Shown here one piece after another: positions 37,337 to 51,890 of a DNA stretch of 64,000 nucleotides. Within the stretch, counting starts at the first letter, position 1. Every line of letters begins with the position of its first letter. This DNA comes from Gracilinanus agilis (taxonomy: Eukaryota): assembly GCF_016433145.1 (NCBI RefSeq), contig NC_058131.1, positions 555,157,831 through 555,221,830 of the forward strand, read 5' to 3'. The notes under the pieces were generated by a model. The model did not search any database, was not told where the DNA came from, and saw nothing but the letters and a program-made list of their open reading frames with translations. The translations under genes were made by a program, and so were the position numbers.

Positions 37337-37708
37337 AGTGGGGAAATTTTAAACCACAGGCCAGATACTGCTCCTAATCTAACGAATATAATACAATGAA
37401 ACTTCCGAAAGAATTGCTTTAAAAACAGACTGACTGGGGCTCAGTGGATTGAGAGCAAGGCCCAGAGATGGGAGGTCCTGTATTCAAATCTGGCCTCAGA
37501 TACTTCCTAGCTTGAGTGACCCTGGGCAAGTCACTTGACTCCCATTGCCTAGCCCTTACCACTCTTCTGCCTTGGAACCAATACACAGTATTGACTACAA
37601 GATGGAAGGGAAGGGCTTAAAATAAATAAACGAATAAATAAAAAGAAACAGTCAGATGAGCATTTCCTTTCCTTTTGGCCCCCTCTTTAAAAAGTTTGCC
37701 CATCACTG
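37337..37708. mobile_element. Second copy of the same hAT MITE, interrupted by a Mar1-like SINE (37436-37645)
   Basis: The 3' half is nearly identical to 16811-16863 and ends GTTTGCCCATCACTG|TCCTAGAT. The 5' end is degenerate. Confidence 0.85.
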
Positions 37709-38020
37709 TCCTAGATAGTTTTAGGCTCAAAATTTGTAGATGTCCCAAGGGAGTTTCAAATTGATCCCTATGAATCCAGATTTTAGATTTAGGTATTTAT
37801 CCTTATATTTTCCTCCTTTTAGTTCTCTAGGCTAGAAAGATAGAAAATTTGTTCTTGGAAATTTTGTTTTTTCAGGGTGCTAAAATGGAATGAGTGCTAG
37901 ATTTAAATTGGCTCTAATCTTTTCTCTGTCATGAGTATAATCTTCAAGATTATACTTTGCCTTAGCTATAAAATATTGTAAGAAATAAAATTTAGTTATT
38001 ATAGCTATATATTAAAATTA

Positions 38021-38591
38021 TGTGGCCGCCAGGAATCAACAATTCAGGTTGATTCCGTAATTAAATCAGACCCAAGTCAGCATCTGGTTGAGGAGTTTAT
38101 TTACAATCAGGAAGGTAAAGTAGGGATAAGGAGGAGAGGGAGGTTAGAAGTCTAAAATGAAGCTGTAAGCCACAAGGCCCAACAGCCAGATAGGCAGAGT
38201 TTAGAATTGGCCCAGCTAGGCCTAGGAAGCCAGCCTAACTTACCCACGTGACAATACAGAGTGTAAGCTGTCTGTGGTCTCAGGAGATGCTTCTTCCTCC
38301 AGTTCCAGAGGACAACAACTGCCCCCACAGGAAGTTCACTCACTTACTTAAAGAGATCATGTCTTTCATCATTTCCTGTGGTCCACCTCTAATTCAAATG
38401 GACAAATGGCAGTTTCTACATTGATTTGGACTGCCCAAAGGGCAGTCCCTTATTCTTGATTTGTTACTTATTGTCACGTGGGTAACTCGTCTCCCCTCCC
38501 CACTAAGGGAGGTGGGAGTGACATCATTAGCACGCCTGGGTTGAGTAGATTTTTTTACTATTAATGGGATCTGGCTAATTCTATTTACACA
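38021..38591 (-). mobile_element. Solo ERV LTR, antisense in the HNRNPC intron
   Basis: TGT...ACA termini, GC-richer than flanks, TTTATT (minus-strand AATAAA) near 38095. TSD imperfect. Confidence 0.75.
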
Positions 38592-39599
38592 ATATGAAAG
38601 GGTTGGTTTAGATAACTAATTTCTTTCTGCTCTAAAAATTCTGATGTTATGATCTGCTGATATTACCAAGCATTTTTGGATTCCTCAAGTAGAATATAAG
38701 CCCCTCAAGGGCAGAGACAACCTCAACTCCCAGTACAAAGGAACTTGGACACATATTGATTGACTTGCATGACTTGTCACACATTCTGCCATTGAAATGA
38801 TGGGAGAAAAAAAAGATTGTTTATATTAATTAGCTTTGATAGATAATATTTAAATGAAATTAAGTGTAGTAAGAAAGAATAAAATTTTAGTCTGAGCTAC
38901 CTCCTAAAATGTTTCAGGAGACTGAACCTTTACATTTTTTTCTTTTAACCATCTTCCTTTAGGAGAGGCACACCCTTGTATTGTATCCAATACCAGGAAT
39001 ATGTGAAAATTCTCGTATCTCATCAAATGCATAGGACCTCAACCTAACAGTAAATACTTTAGGCTGATAACTTTTAATATTTGGTTCAATCTCAAATTAT
39101 ATCCAAAGTCAATAAGAAAAGAACCATGTAACCTTGAGAAATTAGAGAAGGCAGAAATTTATATTGGATTTTGTTATCCTTTAGCTGCTGATTGATGATT
39201 TTTTGATGAATGAAAAGACTTCATGTTTTCATCAGATAACTAAGGATATGATACTTAGGTTTTTCAGAAGATCATAGATGTAGAACTGGAAGAGACTGTA
39301 GAAGCCATATAGAACATCCAGATAGACATCCAGTTACTTCATTGTACACAAATGAGGAAACTAAGGCCCACAGAAATGACTTGTCCCTGGCCACAAAGAA
39401 TATAAGACAGGTGGAATTTGAACCTAGGTCTTAAGACTTCAAAACCAGTACTTTTTCTGTTGTATTATGCAAGTGTTGTCATTATTCAGAATCAGTAATT
39501 TAGTGACTAATTTAAAAGGCATATTTCCAGGTTAGAACCATACCAAATTACTAGTCCCCTTACCACTGAAATTTTCTTCCTCCAACCATTTCTGCAAGA

Positions 39600-41030
39600 C
39601 CCTCTTTCTCTTTACCTATGTAATATTCTCACTATCACTTCCTATCCATCCCAGTAATTCTGAACCTCCAGCTTCTTATATTTAAGTGGTTCTTGGTCCT
39701 CACTGTTCCTTCTCTTATTCCCTCTAACTCTACCAGTGTCCCATTTTAAGTGTTTCCTCCCCTCAAATGGGTACTTTCTGGAATGCCTAATGCATATGTG
39801 AAATTAATTTTTATAATTCAGCTTCACTGGTCATTTTTAGCAGTCCTGGACATTTACCCAAGACATGTTGGGAGTTTAAAATATTGCATGCTTCTCATTG
39901 CCACTTTCATTCCCTCTTTTACCATCACTCAGTAATGTTTCTTCCCTGGAGGTTCACTCAATTCATATTGAACACCCTGGCAAGATTTTGGTTGCTGTAA
40001 TCTACTCATCTCCAGGATACTATGCTTCTTATCTCATGGATTTTTTTTAACACCTTCTGCCTTTGTACTAGAAGATATCAACATAACTATTGATATTCTC
40101 TCAAACACCCTAAGCTATTACTTCTTCTACTTACCCATTTCCATTAACTTCTACTCTTCTGCTTCTATACATAGAATCCTTTAGCTACATGTAAAGGTCA
40201 TATCCTTTGATCTTGTCATTACTCATAAGTGTGCCACTTGTATGTTCATGAGATCTGAAATCGAATTATCTTACCACCGTGAGTTGTTTTTCTACCTTTC
40301 TCTTTCACCCCCCCTCCATCCCCATCTGTTCTTCATTCTCTTAAAATTTCTGATCCTTCCACCTCTCGGGCCATCACTTCTGTACTGACTGTACTATACT
40401 TTTCTCAAATCCAATGCCCCCTTGTCCCTATCAGAAATGAAGTTTCAGCCTCTAGTTACTTATACTATGTGCTGTCTTTTCTTCTTAAGTGCTGAAGGAA
40501 GTTGGAGAAAATCACAAAATTGTGTTTTCTGGGTCCATTAAAAGTGCCAAAGGTAATTCTTTACATCTTCCAAATTAACTCACTAATCCACATTCAAAAG
40601 TAGCTCTTTGAAACTTTTTCATCCCTCTTCAAACTTCTCAACTCTTCCTCCCATCTCACTCTGCTGAAAACTGTTTCATTTTATTGAAAAAAATAAAAGC
40701 CATTTGCTTGGTAACCCTTCTGCCCTCCCCTCCCCTCCCTTCCTCCCCTCCCCTCCCTCGTTCTCAAATAACATTCAAGTCCTTTCCAGCACTTTCTGCT
40801 CTGCCTCTGTCCCATGAGAAGAAGTGGGTTTTTTTTGGTCAAGGCACACCACCTCTCATTCCACTTTATCTTCTCCAGTAAATCTTTAGGAAGTCTTTAC
40901 AATTTTTTGCAGATGATAATTTTTTTGGCGTCTTGGCCAAAATCACCTGACTTGATTTCTGAATTTATATTTGAAATCCAGGTCTGCAAGTGTAGCATTC
41001 AAACCACTAACCTAAAGTTTGCATATAGTC
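39600..41030 (+). mobile_element. Degenerate L2 ORF2 remnant
   Basis: Pyrimidine-rich degenerate L2-like sequence (GTTGCTGTAATCTAC, TTGATCTTGTCATTACTC). No open frame. Confidence 0.6.
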
Positions 41031-43772
41031 TATCCTTTTTTTAGACACTTAGAAGTGTCCTTAAAGGCAACCACTTTTTTAATCTAATATTTGCACAGCA
41101 AGTAACTTTAAAATGTTTGGATCTTCTTAATTCTCTCTGGGAAGACCTAAGTTCTAAAACTTTTTGGAGATAAGGTTATAAACAAGAATTATAGATTTCA
41201 AGCTTCAAGGGATCTTCCAAAGTCATTTTGTTCAAGCTCCTTTTTAAAAAAGGAAACAGCTACAGATATCTAGAAATTAAATCTATTAACATCCTCTGCA
41301 GATTCTTTGCTTTTTTCCATTATCATGTTGTATCCCAGGTTTCATAAGGAACATTATAACCCATCAACCTATTAATGATGTATGTAAAGGATTAGATTCC
41401 ATGAAAATAGCTATTTTGCATCACTAAATAGCAGACAGGATGAATATGCATGTTAGTGATGATGTCCAAAGAAGCCTTTAAAAACTAGTCTTCCATTTTT
41501 ATACCAAAAGGAAGTGGTTTAGACTAGAGGGATCTTGAAAACAAAAAGCATTCTAGAGTTTCAAGGAGGGTTTAGTTAAGACTCTTGTTTTGGTTATTTG
41601 AGGTTAAGAATAGGCTGATTGAACCTCAGCACTTTTAATAAGCAGAGCAACTTGATGCTTCACGTTTTATTTAGAACCATAACAGTAACACTAGTCTCTT
41701 TGAATATTAACCTAGTAAATGGCAGGAAGAAATAGTCCATTGACAATGGAAGGAACCTTAAAGATACTTTAGTCTGGGTTGGGGTGGGCAGCTCAGTGGC
41801 TGAGTGGATTGAGAGCCAAGACCCAGAGACAGGAGATCCTTGGTTTAGTGGCCTCAGACAATCTTAACTATGTGACCCTGGGCAAGTCACTTGCCACTCA
41901 TGTGTTGACCCAATATGACCCAATATATAAAAAATGGAAGTTTAAAGAAGAAAAAAGATAGTTTAAATCTCATCATAGTAGTTGTCACAGTAGCATTTAT
42001 ATAATGCTTTGAGCTTTGCCAAGAGCTTTGCAAATAATTTCTCCACACAATGACCCTGTGAGGTAGATGCAACTTTTATATCCTCATTTTTCCAGATGAA
42101 GAAACCGAGGCAGGTAGTGGTTAAGTGACTTGCCCCAAGGTAGTTTTGAGTAAGAGTTGAAGTTACTTGTTGAACTTGGTCTAATTGGCTCTAGGTCTCT
42201 ATTGGCTGTGCCACTCAGCTGCCTCTTCAATTTAGGTGATGAAACTCATGTCCAGACATTTGACTACAATTCTAGCTCTCCCAGGGCTAGTGTTCTACAA
42301 TCAGTGCCTAGCTGCCTTTAAGTACAACTGTATATGCTGAGCAAAAAAATAAAAAAGAGATGAGAGGACTATTTTGGCAGAAAAATTTTTTCCATGTCCA
42401 AATAGTCTCGTCTTTTAATATAGTCCTCCTTGCTACCTCTGAATCTATTTAATTTCATTTGTAGTTTTAGGTTTGCCTAATTGCAGCTATTCACAAATGG
42501 CTGCTTGGTTAGGAGACTTCTCATGATTTCCATCAGACCTTTCAAATTGCACTATAATTATGGCTTTTAACACCAAAATTGAGTAGGCTATCCTTTGAAC
42601 TCATAAATTAGTGAAGTCAAGCTCATACATAGAAACATCCCTTTTCTAATATTGAGTAAAATTTGGGCAGAGCTATTTTGCCCCATAGCAGATGTATAAC
42701 TTTCTACTTTCTGCCTCCTTGAAGAATCCCATCTACAAATTCCCTTAATCTCTCTTCAAACACTTGTATAAAGTAATTTAGATCCTCATAAGGCAGTCTA
42801 TTCTATTTTTGGTCATTATGATTATAAAAAATTGCAGTTACAGAGCTTCTTACTAATTAATGCCTATTGGTTTTAATTACATTTCTACTGCTCCTCAGGG
42901 TTTTATCAAAAACTGTTCACCTCTGAGGCAGATAGTAATGACTTATTGATGGGGATCTTAAACTTAAAGAAGTGAGTTGGACAGTGTCCTGGTAGTTGTC
43001 AGACTGTGATTTGAAACTTGTCCCATATTATTACTCAACACGAAGATGCTTCTGTTTTTGCCTAACTATACAGTTAAATTCCATTTGACATGACAGTCTT
43101 TCATATATTTGAAGATAGCTATTTATAAGTTCCTATATTCTGTAGGCCAAAAGTTTCAGTTTGTTCAGTCATTAGTGGTTTTGAAATCCTATCTCTTCTT
43201 TTACCTCTAATCCTACATTTGTTGGAATTGGGTTTTTTAAGATGTGACATTCTAAATTTCTAGGAAAAGGCAAACTTCTTTTAAGAATACAATTACAGGG
43301 AGTATAGCCAGTTTGCCAAGGGGATATGATGGCTATTATCTACTATTACATTACACATGTGGTGGGTGAGGATACATATCTTAAGGTATCATTATTTGGG
43401 GTTTAGCAGTAAGCCCTATTCCTACTGTAAAGCTTAATTTAGAACATGATGTGTGATATACCTAGACTTTGCAAAAAAAAAGTTCATTTTACTAGTTAAG
43501 CTGTTTTAGCTAAGCCTTTTGAAATTTATTGTATTATGAAAATCAGACAAATACTTAAATGTAGCTGTGGCCTAATAATAAGTGCAAGAGGTCAAGATCT
43601 TATCCATCCTTTCTCATCTTGTAAAACTAGTCCACATCCTCTCATAAATTGGACAATCCAGTATGCTATAGTGACTTCTCTGGAGGAAGTCCTTCTGTAT
43701 CTTTCTTCTTGCTACATTCTTGACTCAACTGCCTTCTTTTCCTATCCTGCACATCTACTTTATTAAAAAAAA

Positions 43773-43958
43773 ATTTTTTTTTTAAACCCTTAACTTCTGT
43801 GTATTGGCTTCTAGGTGGAAGAGTGGTAAGGGTGGGCAATGGGGGTCAAGTGACTTGCCCAGGGTCACACAGCTGGGAAGTGTCTGAGGCCAGATTTGAA
43901 CCTAGGACCTCCCATCTCTAGGCCTGGCTCTCAATCCACTGAGCTACCCAGCTGCCCC
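43773..43958 (-). mobile_element. SINE1_Mdo-like element, antisense
   Basis: Near-identical to the 36750 and 54053 copies. Confidence 0.9.
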
Positions 43959-44690
43959 TTTAGATAATATTTTGTAACCTCTTTATGTCCATCAATAGTT
44001 ATTCTATTTTTCTTACGGTGAAATTATTCATAGACATGTAGTAGAACTGAAACAGTGTTAACATTTACATTTTTTTGCTTCTGTGTCTTTCTGATTTTGT
44101 GTATGCTTATCATGAGTCAATGGCACTATCAGATGTTCAAATATTAAGTGAAATGATTATTCTAAAATCAACTCTGAAACTCCTTTATTTGTCCCTTTAA
44201 AGAACCTGAGTTAATCCTTTTAGTTGCAATTTTGTTACAGCTTCTGGTTTTTTTTGAAAATAATTATTTTTGGTAAGTTTATATTCCTTTACTAGTATAT
44301 ATTCAAATAAGATTATAAAAATTCCATAGACTCTAAACCTAGCAGTTTTAATAAGAATTTATATAGACTTAAAAATAAATACCTCTTAAACTTTTGGTGT
44401 GTGTATGTGTGTGTGTGTATGTGTGTCTTACCTGGTTTTGGTCATATATTTCTGTAAATCTCTAGTGAACACATTAGTTTTTTTTATCACTTTATAAGTC
44501 TTTTAGCATGTACTTTAAAAATTCTGCTTATTAATGTGTGCCACATTTGTTTTTTACTACTGTTTGCATTTGCCAGGATTAGGTGGGTATATGGTTTAAG
44601 TGCTTCTATTAATATCTGGATATAAGAAGTGGATAGTTTTGCCTATGTAAGCATGTGTGCTGCTTTAAAGTTTTTAAAAATGTGGGGGGA

Positions 44691-44900
44691 GGGGGCGGCA
44701 GCAGCTGGTTGGCTCAGTTGTATGAGATCCAGGCCTAGAGATGGGAAGTCCTAGGTTCAGATCTGGCCTCAGACACTTTCTAGGTGTGTGACCCTGGGCA
44801 AATCACTTAAACTCCACTGCCTAGCCCTTGCCACTCTTCTGCCTTGGAGCCAATACACATTATTGACTCCCAAGATGGAAGGTAAGGGTTTTTAAAAAAA
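44691..44900 (+). mobile_element. Mar1-like CORE-SINE
   Basis: Full head, core and GGAAGGTAAGGGTTTTTAAAA tail. Confidence 0.88.
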
Positions 44901-45262
44901 ATTTTTTTTTTTTAAGTTTTTAAAAATAGGGCTTTTATCATTTTGTGGTCAAGAAAAGCAAGAGTGCATTAATGATAACATCTGTGGCAGCTAGTCATGA
45001 GCACACTTCTGTGTTAATATATAGTAGGCTTGTTTATAAGTCACAGTTGAATTTAAAAAGTTGGATCTCATATGGTAAAATAACTAAAAATTCCGTATTT
45101 TCAGACTAATACAAAAATAACTCAGATGAATCTTAAAATAGACCCTTGTGAAAATTGAACCATAGTCCAAACCAAGCTCATGAATGATATTGACAAATTA
45201 CAAGACATATACTATTTTGGTAATAGCTTTAAAAAATTTGAACTGTAGAAAGCACACTGCAT

Positions 45263-45264
<2 letters not shown>

Positions 45265-45308
<44 letters not shown>
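45265..45308. repeat. (GT)n microsatellite
   Basis: Direct observation. Confidence 0.98.
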
Positions 45309-45310
<2 letters not shown>

Positions 45311-46872
45311 TTTGCATTAACCCTGGAAGAAGCTGTGATTCTAGTGATTGCAGAAGTGAAAAAATTATTAAATGCTTACTATGTACTTAACTCTGGAGAC
45401 ACAAATAACAAACTCAACAACCCCTGATCACAAAGAACATTCTCTATTCTAATGGAGATTATACATTGTGGGGACTAGTGGCCAGGGAAAGGAATTAAGA
45501 TCTAGAAAGTCACAAAAATGGTAATTGGAAACAAATAGGAAAGAAATAACTGGGTTGAGATGAAGAACAAATAATCTCCAAGGAAGGCAGAGTCTTAACC
45601 AGCATCCATTAAGCACCTACTTAGGATATGAAAGTTACTTTGCTAAGCACTGGGAATAGAAAGCAAAAAAGTCTCAGCTCTAAGGAGCTTATAGTCTAAT
45701 GGAGAGAAACAGCATAAGTCTCTTTTTACATAAGCACACATACACTGCATAGAAATAGGATAACTTTTAATTTAAGATTCTCAAGCATATTTCTATTAAG
45801 AGTTCTGTTCAGTATTCAAGAAAGTAGTTTAATAAATACTCAGTTTCTTGTGTATCCACGACCACATGTTTCTTTATATTTTACATAAAAAGGATGTAAA
45901 TAGTTGGTTGTCTCAATTAAGAAACACCATGTCAAAATACAATAAAAATTCCTTTAACAACCCTAGTTACACACTAATAACTATATGCTACTTGGCTGAC
46001 AACCAGAAAGGAACAAAAAGTCTTGAGGTAATTCACTATATCACAAAATTTGTATCTGCTAAATTTCATGCACTTAATTAAAAGGAGAGTGCAATCTTTT
46101 AACTAGATATTCTTTATATCTAAAGGGTTAGAATTGTCTTCTCACATTATCCTGATTATTAATTGCAAATCATATTGGGATAAGCCTATAGATGTCACGA
46201 TTTGAGATGATTTTGCCTGACAGTGAAGGAGTAAAAGAATGAAGTATAGACACAACAATTTTGGGGCATGAAAATAGTCTTATATCCCTGAAGATTTTTG
46301 CTGTACCACAAAGAAATAGTTCATAATGATGATCCAGAGCTATCAAGAAAGTGTTATGCATTGTGTTGAAGTCAGTGAAGTATGACATGTTTGAAAAATT
46401 TATATTAAAGCCTTTTAATTAACAGTGTTTTGGGACTTAAGCTTTGGTTGTTTGAGAATTACTTGGATCCACCATGCCTTTGAAGATGTTGAATAAGTGT
46501 TATGGTTCTGTTAATGATAGATGTTCTTTGTATTGTTATTTTCAGTTGATGATAGTCTGCTAAAAAACACAAAGCAATTTTTATTGCCGGTTTACCTTCC
46601 ATGTATATCTGCAGTAATAATAGAGGTGGCATAAATTTAAGAGGCTATCTTGTTTGCCAGCTTGCAGGCAGAACTGTTAAATTACTATGGATGAAAAGGT
46701 ATCTTTCAGTTAAACATTGCAGATCCAAGGAATAATTTTTTTCCTCCATGCTTATCTGGGAGGCTATGGATTTTTTAAATGACTACCCTCCTTTCCCCAT
46801 TTCCATCTTTACACTTAAGCCTTTTTCCTTATTCTTAGTCAATAAACTTTGAAGCTCAAACCAAAGGGATGA

Positions 46873-47083
46873 TTTTTTTTCAAACCATAAAATTTTTGTC
46901 TTAGAATCAGTACTTATTGTTCAAAGGCAGGAAGAGTAGTAGTAGTAAGAGGCCAGGTGATGGTAGAGGTTAAGTGACTTGCCAGGGGTCACACAACTAG
47001 GAAGTGTCTGAGGCCATATTTGAACTTAGGACCTCCTTTCTCTATGCCAAGCCCTTAGTGCACTAAGCTACCTAGTTGCCCCC
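46873..47083 (-). mobile_element. Mar1-like CORE-SINE
   Basis: Reverse-complement head and core. TSD-like AAGG(G/A)ATGATT. Confidence 0.82.
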
Positions 47084-49976
47084 TAAAAGGAATGATTGTT
47101 AATTCTTGAACATTTTAATTAGTGTCAGGCAAGAACCAACCTGATATCCTTCCCTCCCCCAACTCTTGAGTGTTCTTGGATATACTTTATTCTGTGTCTT
47201 CCTGAATAATGTATATCAAAATTTATAGATTTCCTTGTGCTTAAAAATAGATGAGTTTATAAATAATTTCTTATGTAAAGTGAATGATTATTTTCAGGTT
47301 TTGTAATTTTAGTTTGATCTATAGTCACATTTAGGTCGTTTGGCACATTTTATCAGAGCTAGTAAGTAGTATGTCTTTTAGTATTTGCCCCTTTGTTCTT
47401 ATATGTGGATACAATCATGCTACATTTTAGGCAGTAGTTCAGAAAAGCCATTTTTTTTCTCTTCATCTTCAAGTCAGTGACTGCCATAACAATTCTAGGG
47501 TCTAGGGAAGTAATTGGCTGCTATGATAGTTTGTGTGGAGCAAACTTTGAAGGTAATGAAAGGCACTAGTTTTGAGGTATTGCTTCATTTGCTTCTGAGA
47601 ATTGTGAAAGGGAAGAGAACAAGGGGCAGAATTGCAGTGGGGAAGTTGAGAACTTGAGTGGTCAGTGGTTCCTGATAATTTCCTAATATTAGGGGCAAAA
47701 TACACCAATCCTGAGACTATGGTACAATCTTTGATTAGATTTCTTTTAAAAACGAATTGCTACATTGTTGTTATAATTAGAATATTTTTCAGTTATTACT
47801 TTTACTCTTTAATGTATTTATTCCATAAGCATTTATTGAGCATCTATATACTAGAACCATTGGGAAAATGTAAAATAATGAATAATCCCAACTCTTAATG
47901 AGTTTACCTTTCAAATGGTGTTGGCAGTAGAACACTTTTGTTTCATATTCAATTTGATAAGATTTTTATCAACCATTTCTTTAGCAAACCCCCTTGCCCC
48001 CCATTTATTAACTGCATGCTAAACTTCAGTCCAAGTTAATGATGTAGTTTAGAGAATCTAGTGGGTTATGTTTACAGGATACCTTTTTGGAATGCCCTCT
48101 TCTATTTTAAACTGAAGGTTTGCTTGGTAGAGAATTGGTCTTTTGTAATATGATAAAAGACTTCACTCTTCTGTCTTGGTGCTTCATTCAGTTTCTGGTA
48201 TAGAAGAGTAACTATGTAACGAGTCAGTATGTAATGATAGCAAACTAGTAAGTCTTGAATCATTTTAATTTTATTTAAATGTATTATTTCTTTTATACAT
48301 GTAAAGTCTTAAAAGAAGTCTCTTGAAAGTCATATTTGACTTGGTAGCTCTTCTCCCTTTGTTGCATGTTAGCTAAGCATCCTTTTTATGAGCTAGTATG
48401 AGTGAGGTTATGCATCAGTTTACAGAAGTAGTTGCTCCCATTTTTGAAGATACTTATGACTTGCATACTAATGTGCATGACCTTGAGTTAGAATGGAGAA
48501 TGTCTGAATAAGAAAGTTAAGATGGAAGGGGATGGAGATTATGAGATTTAAAGTCTCATAAATCATAAATGATTAAACAGTGTTAATCAGTATCATGATA
48601 TTACCAAAATTACTTAAAATTTGGTGGAGCAGTAAACTTGAATGTATTGTTTAGCAGTTATTCTCTTGGGTTTTGTAGAGAATCTACTGAACAATTCGTC
48701 CGTTTTTATAAAATCACTTCATCTTTTTTTTGTGGTAAAGGGCAGAAATCATAATTATATCTTTCACAAGTTACTTAGTCATTAGAAATGTTGAGGGATC
48801 ATAGAAATCAGATATTTCCCCAGTCTTTTAATGTTATTTTTTTGGCCCATCTGAATAAAAGACTTGTAAAATTGCACTGCCTAGAGCAGGACACATTATC
48901 AGGATCTAAAGTGGTTTAGTTAAGAACTATTGAAAGGTTTTGAACATTCTTAAATGTAATGAAATCAAAATAATTTATCGCCTCCCTTACCTACCACAGG
49001 AGATTCCAGTATATTTATAGACTTGAGTTTCCAAAATTGTGCTAAAGCTAACATGTATGTATAGACTATTAGTATGTGGACTATTTAACTGAATAAAGTT
49101 GACTCTTATAGGAATCATTAGTTTAAAGGAATTAGTATTTTCTTAGTCTTATTTTCCTTTAATTCATGCAGTGTTCAGCTAGCTAGTTTTATCATCATCA
49201 TCATCAAATTTTATCAAGTTGTCCCATGCATGTACTAGATGATTTATAGATAGGTTAAGAAATAGTCAATGAAGTTTACAAAGAATTGATGTTGATGTGG
49301 ACATACTGATTTACATAAGATATCTATAGTGTGTTATACACCTGATCATATATAAATAGAAATAGGTGTTAATAAATGAATGCTACCTAATGAATAGCTT
49401 TCAGGTATATTATGGGTATTCATCCCTGGAGGGAAAACTGGGACTTCTTTGGGTAGGACTGAGAGTTGTTTTTTTTTAATAGAAAAACATCATATACTAA
49501 GAACTATTTGAAATTAAAAGGAATGAGTTAGCTTAGCATTAGTTGGTCAAAGGAAGCACAAAAAGAAATGGATGGCTTAAGGAATCCAGATAAGTTGTTA
49601 ACTTAACCTAAAAGAAGTTAGGGAAGCTAAGACAAGTTTGAGAACTTTTAAATGGAGAAAGGAGCTTAGACCTAATGCCCAAGAGCCAAGAAAGAAATGA
49701 AGAAAGGGTTTTTTTGGCGGGCATAGTGGCAAGGGAGACTATTGGTGAGATTTCAACAATGGAATGATCAGGGCCTGTACTTTGTTGATCAATGTTCCTG
49801 ATCTTTTTATTGTTTCTAGAATCCATTAATTTAAGGCATTACTTACTTGGGTTAGGAGTAAAATAATAACATCTTTTGGGATAGAAAGGATTATTTTAGG
49901 GTTTGTTTTTTATTTTATTTTTTTTTTGTCTTTAAACTGTTCATCTGAATAATTATTCTCCTTCCTGATTTGGTAG

Positions 49977-50258
<282 letters not shown>

Positions 50259-50576
50259 TGATTGAAATGAAGTTAATAATTTACCTTTCAAGCTTTTATC
50301 GATTATGAGCATTTTCACCATTGCAAGTCAGTAACAACTGTTGTGGGTCATAATATATATTATGGTATACACCATGAATTTATCTAATGTTTTGAGATGA
50401 TGGGTAGGTCAGTAGTGGGAGGAGGGAAAAGGTAACTTGTGAAGTTTTTAAAATGTATAGTAAACCAAATAGCAAAGTAAAAAATAAAAAAATAATCTCA
50501 TTTTTCTTCGTGTGTAGTAGAGGTTATATGAGCTAAAATGGCAAACTTGGTTTAAGAAGAAAAGAATATGGATTGT

Positions 50577-50740
50577 GGGAGAGCTAGGTGGATAGAACGG
50601 GCCTAGAGTCAGGAGGACCTGGGTTCGAATCTAGCCCAGTTACCTAGCCATGTGGCCCTGGGCAAGTCACTTAACCCTGATTGCCAGCTCTTGGCCTTCT
50701 GTCTTAGAGATAGAAAAGATAGAAAGTAAGGGATTAAAAA
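50577..50740 (+). mobile_element. Mar1-like CORE-SINE
   Basis: GGGAGAGCTAGGTGG head, GGGTTCGAAT B-box, core. Confidence 0.82.
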
Positions 50741-50982
50741 AAGGCCAAGATATTTCTTGTACTTCTTTATAAGGTTGCTCTAATTTCATAAAATGCAGAT
50801 CATCACAAGGTTCTTAAAATTATAAAAAAATAGAACTCTGTTCTGGCCTGGACTTTAGACTTATTTGGAGAAAAGTACAAAGGATGGATATAACTGAATT
50901 CTAATCTTAAGACTGAGGATTAGTGTTACGGTTGGACAGTGGTAGGATTCAAAGTGATAGATATCTAGGGTATAGGCTATTT

Positions 50983-51165
50983 TATTTTTTAAAAAATTAT
51001 TTAAAATTATTTTTCCATGGTTACGTGACTCATGTTCTTTCCCTCCCCCCTCCTGGCGCTAACAAGCACTTTTCCTGGGTTACACATGTATTGTCACTCA
51101 ATCTCTATTTCCACATTATTCATTTTTGTAATAGAATAATCTTAAACCAAACCCCCAAATCCTAT
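50983..51165 (-). mobile_element. Short 5'-truncated L1 3'UTR insertion
   Basis: 15-bp TSD GGGTATAGGCTATTT (50968-50982 and 51166-51180). Confidence 0.85.
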
Positions 51166-51197
51166 GGGTATAGGCTATTTAAAAAAGAATAAAGCAG

Positions 51198-51397
51198 GGG
51201 ACAGCTGGGTAGCTCAGTGGATTGAGAGCCGGGCCTAGAGATGGGAGGTCCTAGATTCAAATCTGGCCTCACTTCCCACCTGTGTGACCCTAGGCAAGTC
51301 ACTTAACCCCCATTCCCTGGCCCTTACCACTCTTCTGCCTTGGAGCCAATACACAGTATTGACTCCAAGATGGAAGGCAAGGGTTTAAAAAATTTTT
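51198..51397 (+). mobile_element. Mar1-like CORE-SINE
   Basis: 16-bp TSD AAAAAGAATAAAGCAG (51182-51197 and 51398-51413). Confidence 0.92.
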
Positions 51398-51714
51398 AAA
51401 AAGAATAAAGCAGCACTGAGAATTTTGACTTATACAGATTCAGGATACTCATCAACATTAGAGTTTCTACTGAATGCCCATTCCTCAGTATAAGAACTTG
51501 AACACCTAGATTCAGGAGGTTATTTAAATTCAAACTGTTATTTTCTTTGCTTTGGTCTCAGCGAAGTTGAACAGTAACAATTTCAGCATGCTTTTAACAT
51601 TTTAACATTTTACTATTAACATGCTTTCATAAATATTCAGGCATGTAATTGAGCCTTTCCCAGTCTCCATAAGGGTTGGTTGGCCTTAGAAATGAGCAAA
51701 ATAGGCAATTGTGA

Positions 51715-51890
51715 TTTAAAAAAAAATCTTACCTTTTATCTTAATAGCAATTCTAAGACAGAAGAGTAACAATAACAAGGCCTAGGCAATCAGGGTTAAG
51801 TGACTTGCCCAGAGTCACATAGCTAGAAAATGTTTTGAGGTCAGAATTGAATGCCTGGTGCTCTATCCACTAGGCTACCTAGTTGCCCCC
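51715..51890 (-). mobile_element. Mar1-like CORE-SINE
   Basis: Reverse-complement tail and core. TSD-like GCAATTGTGATTT. Confidence 0.82.
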
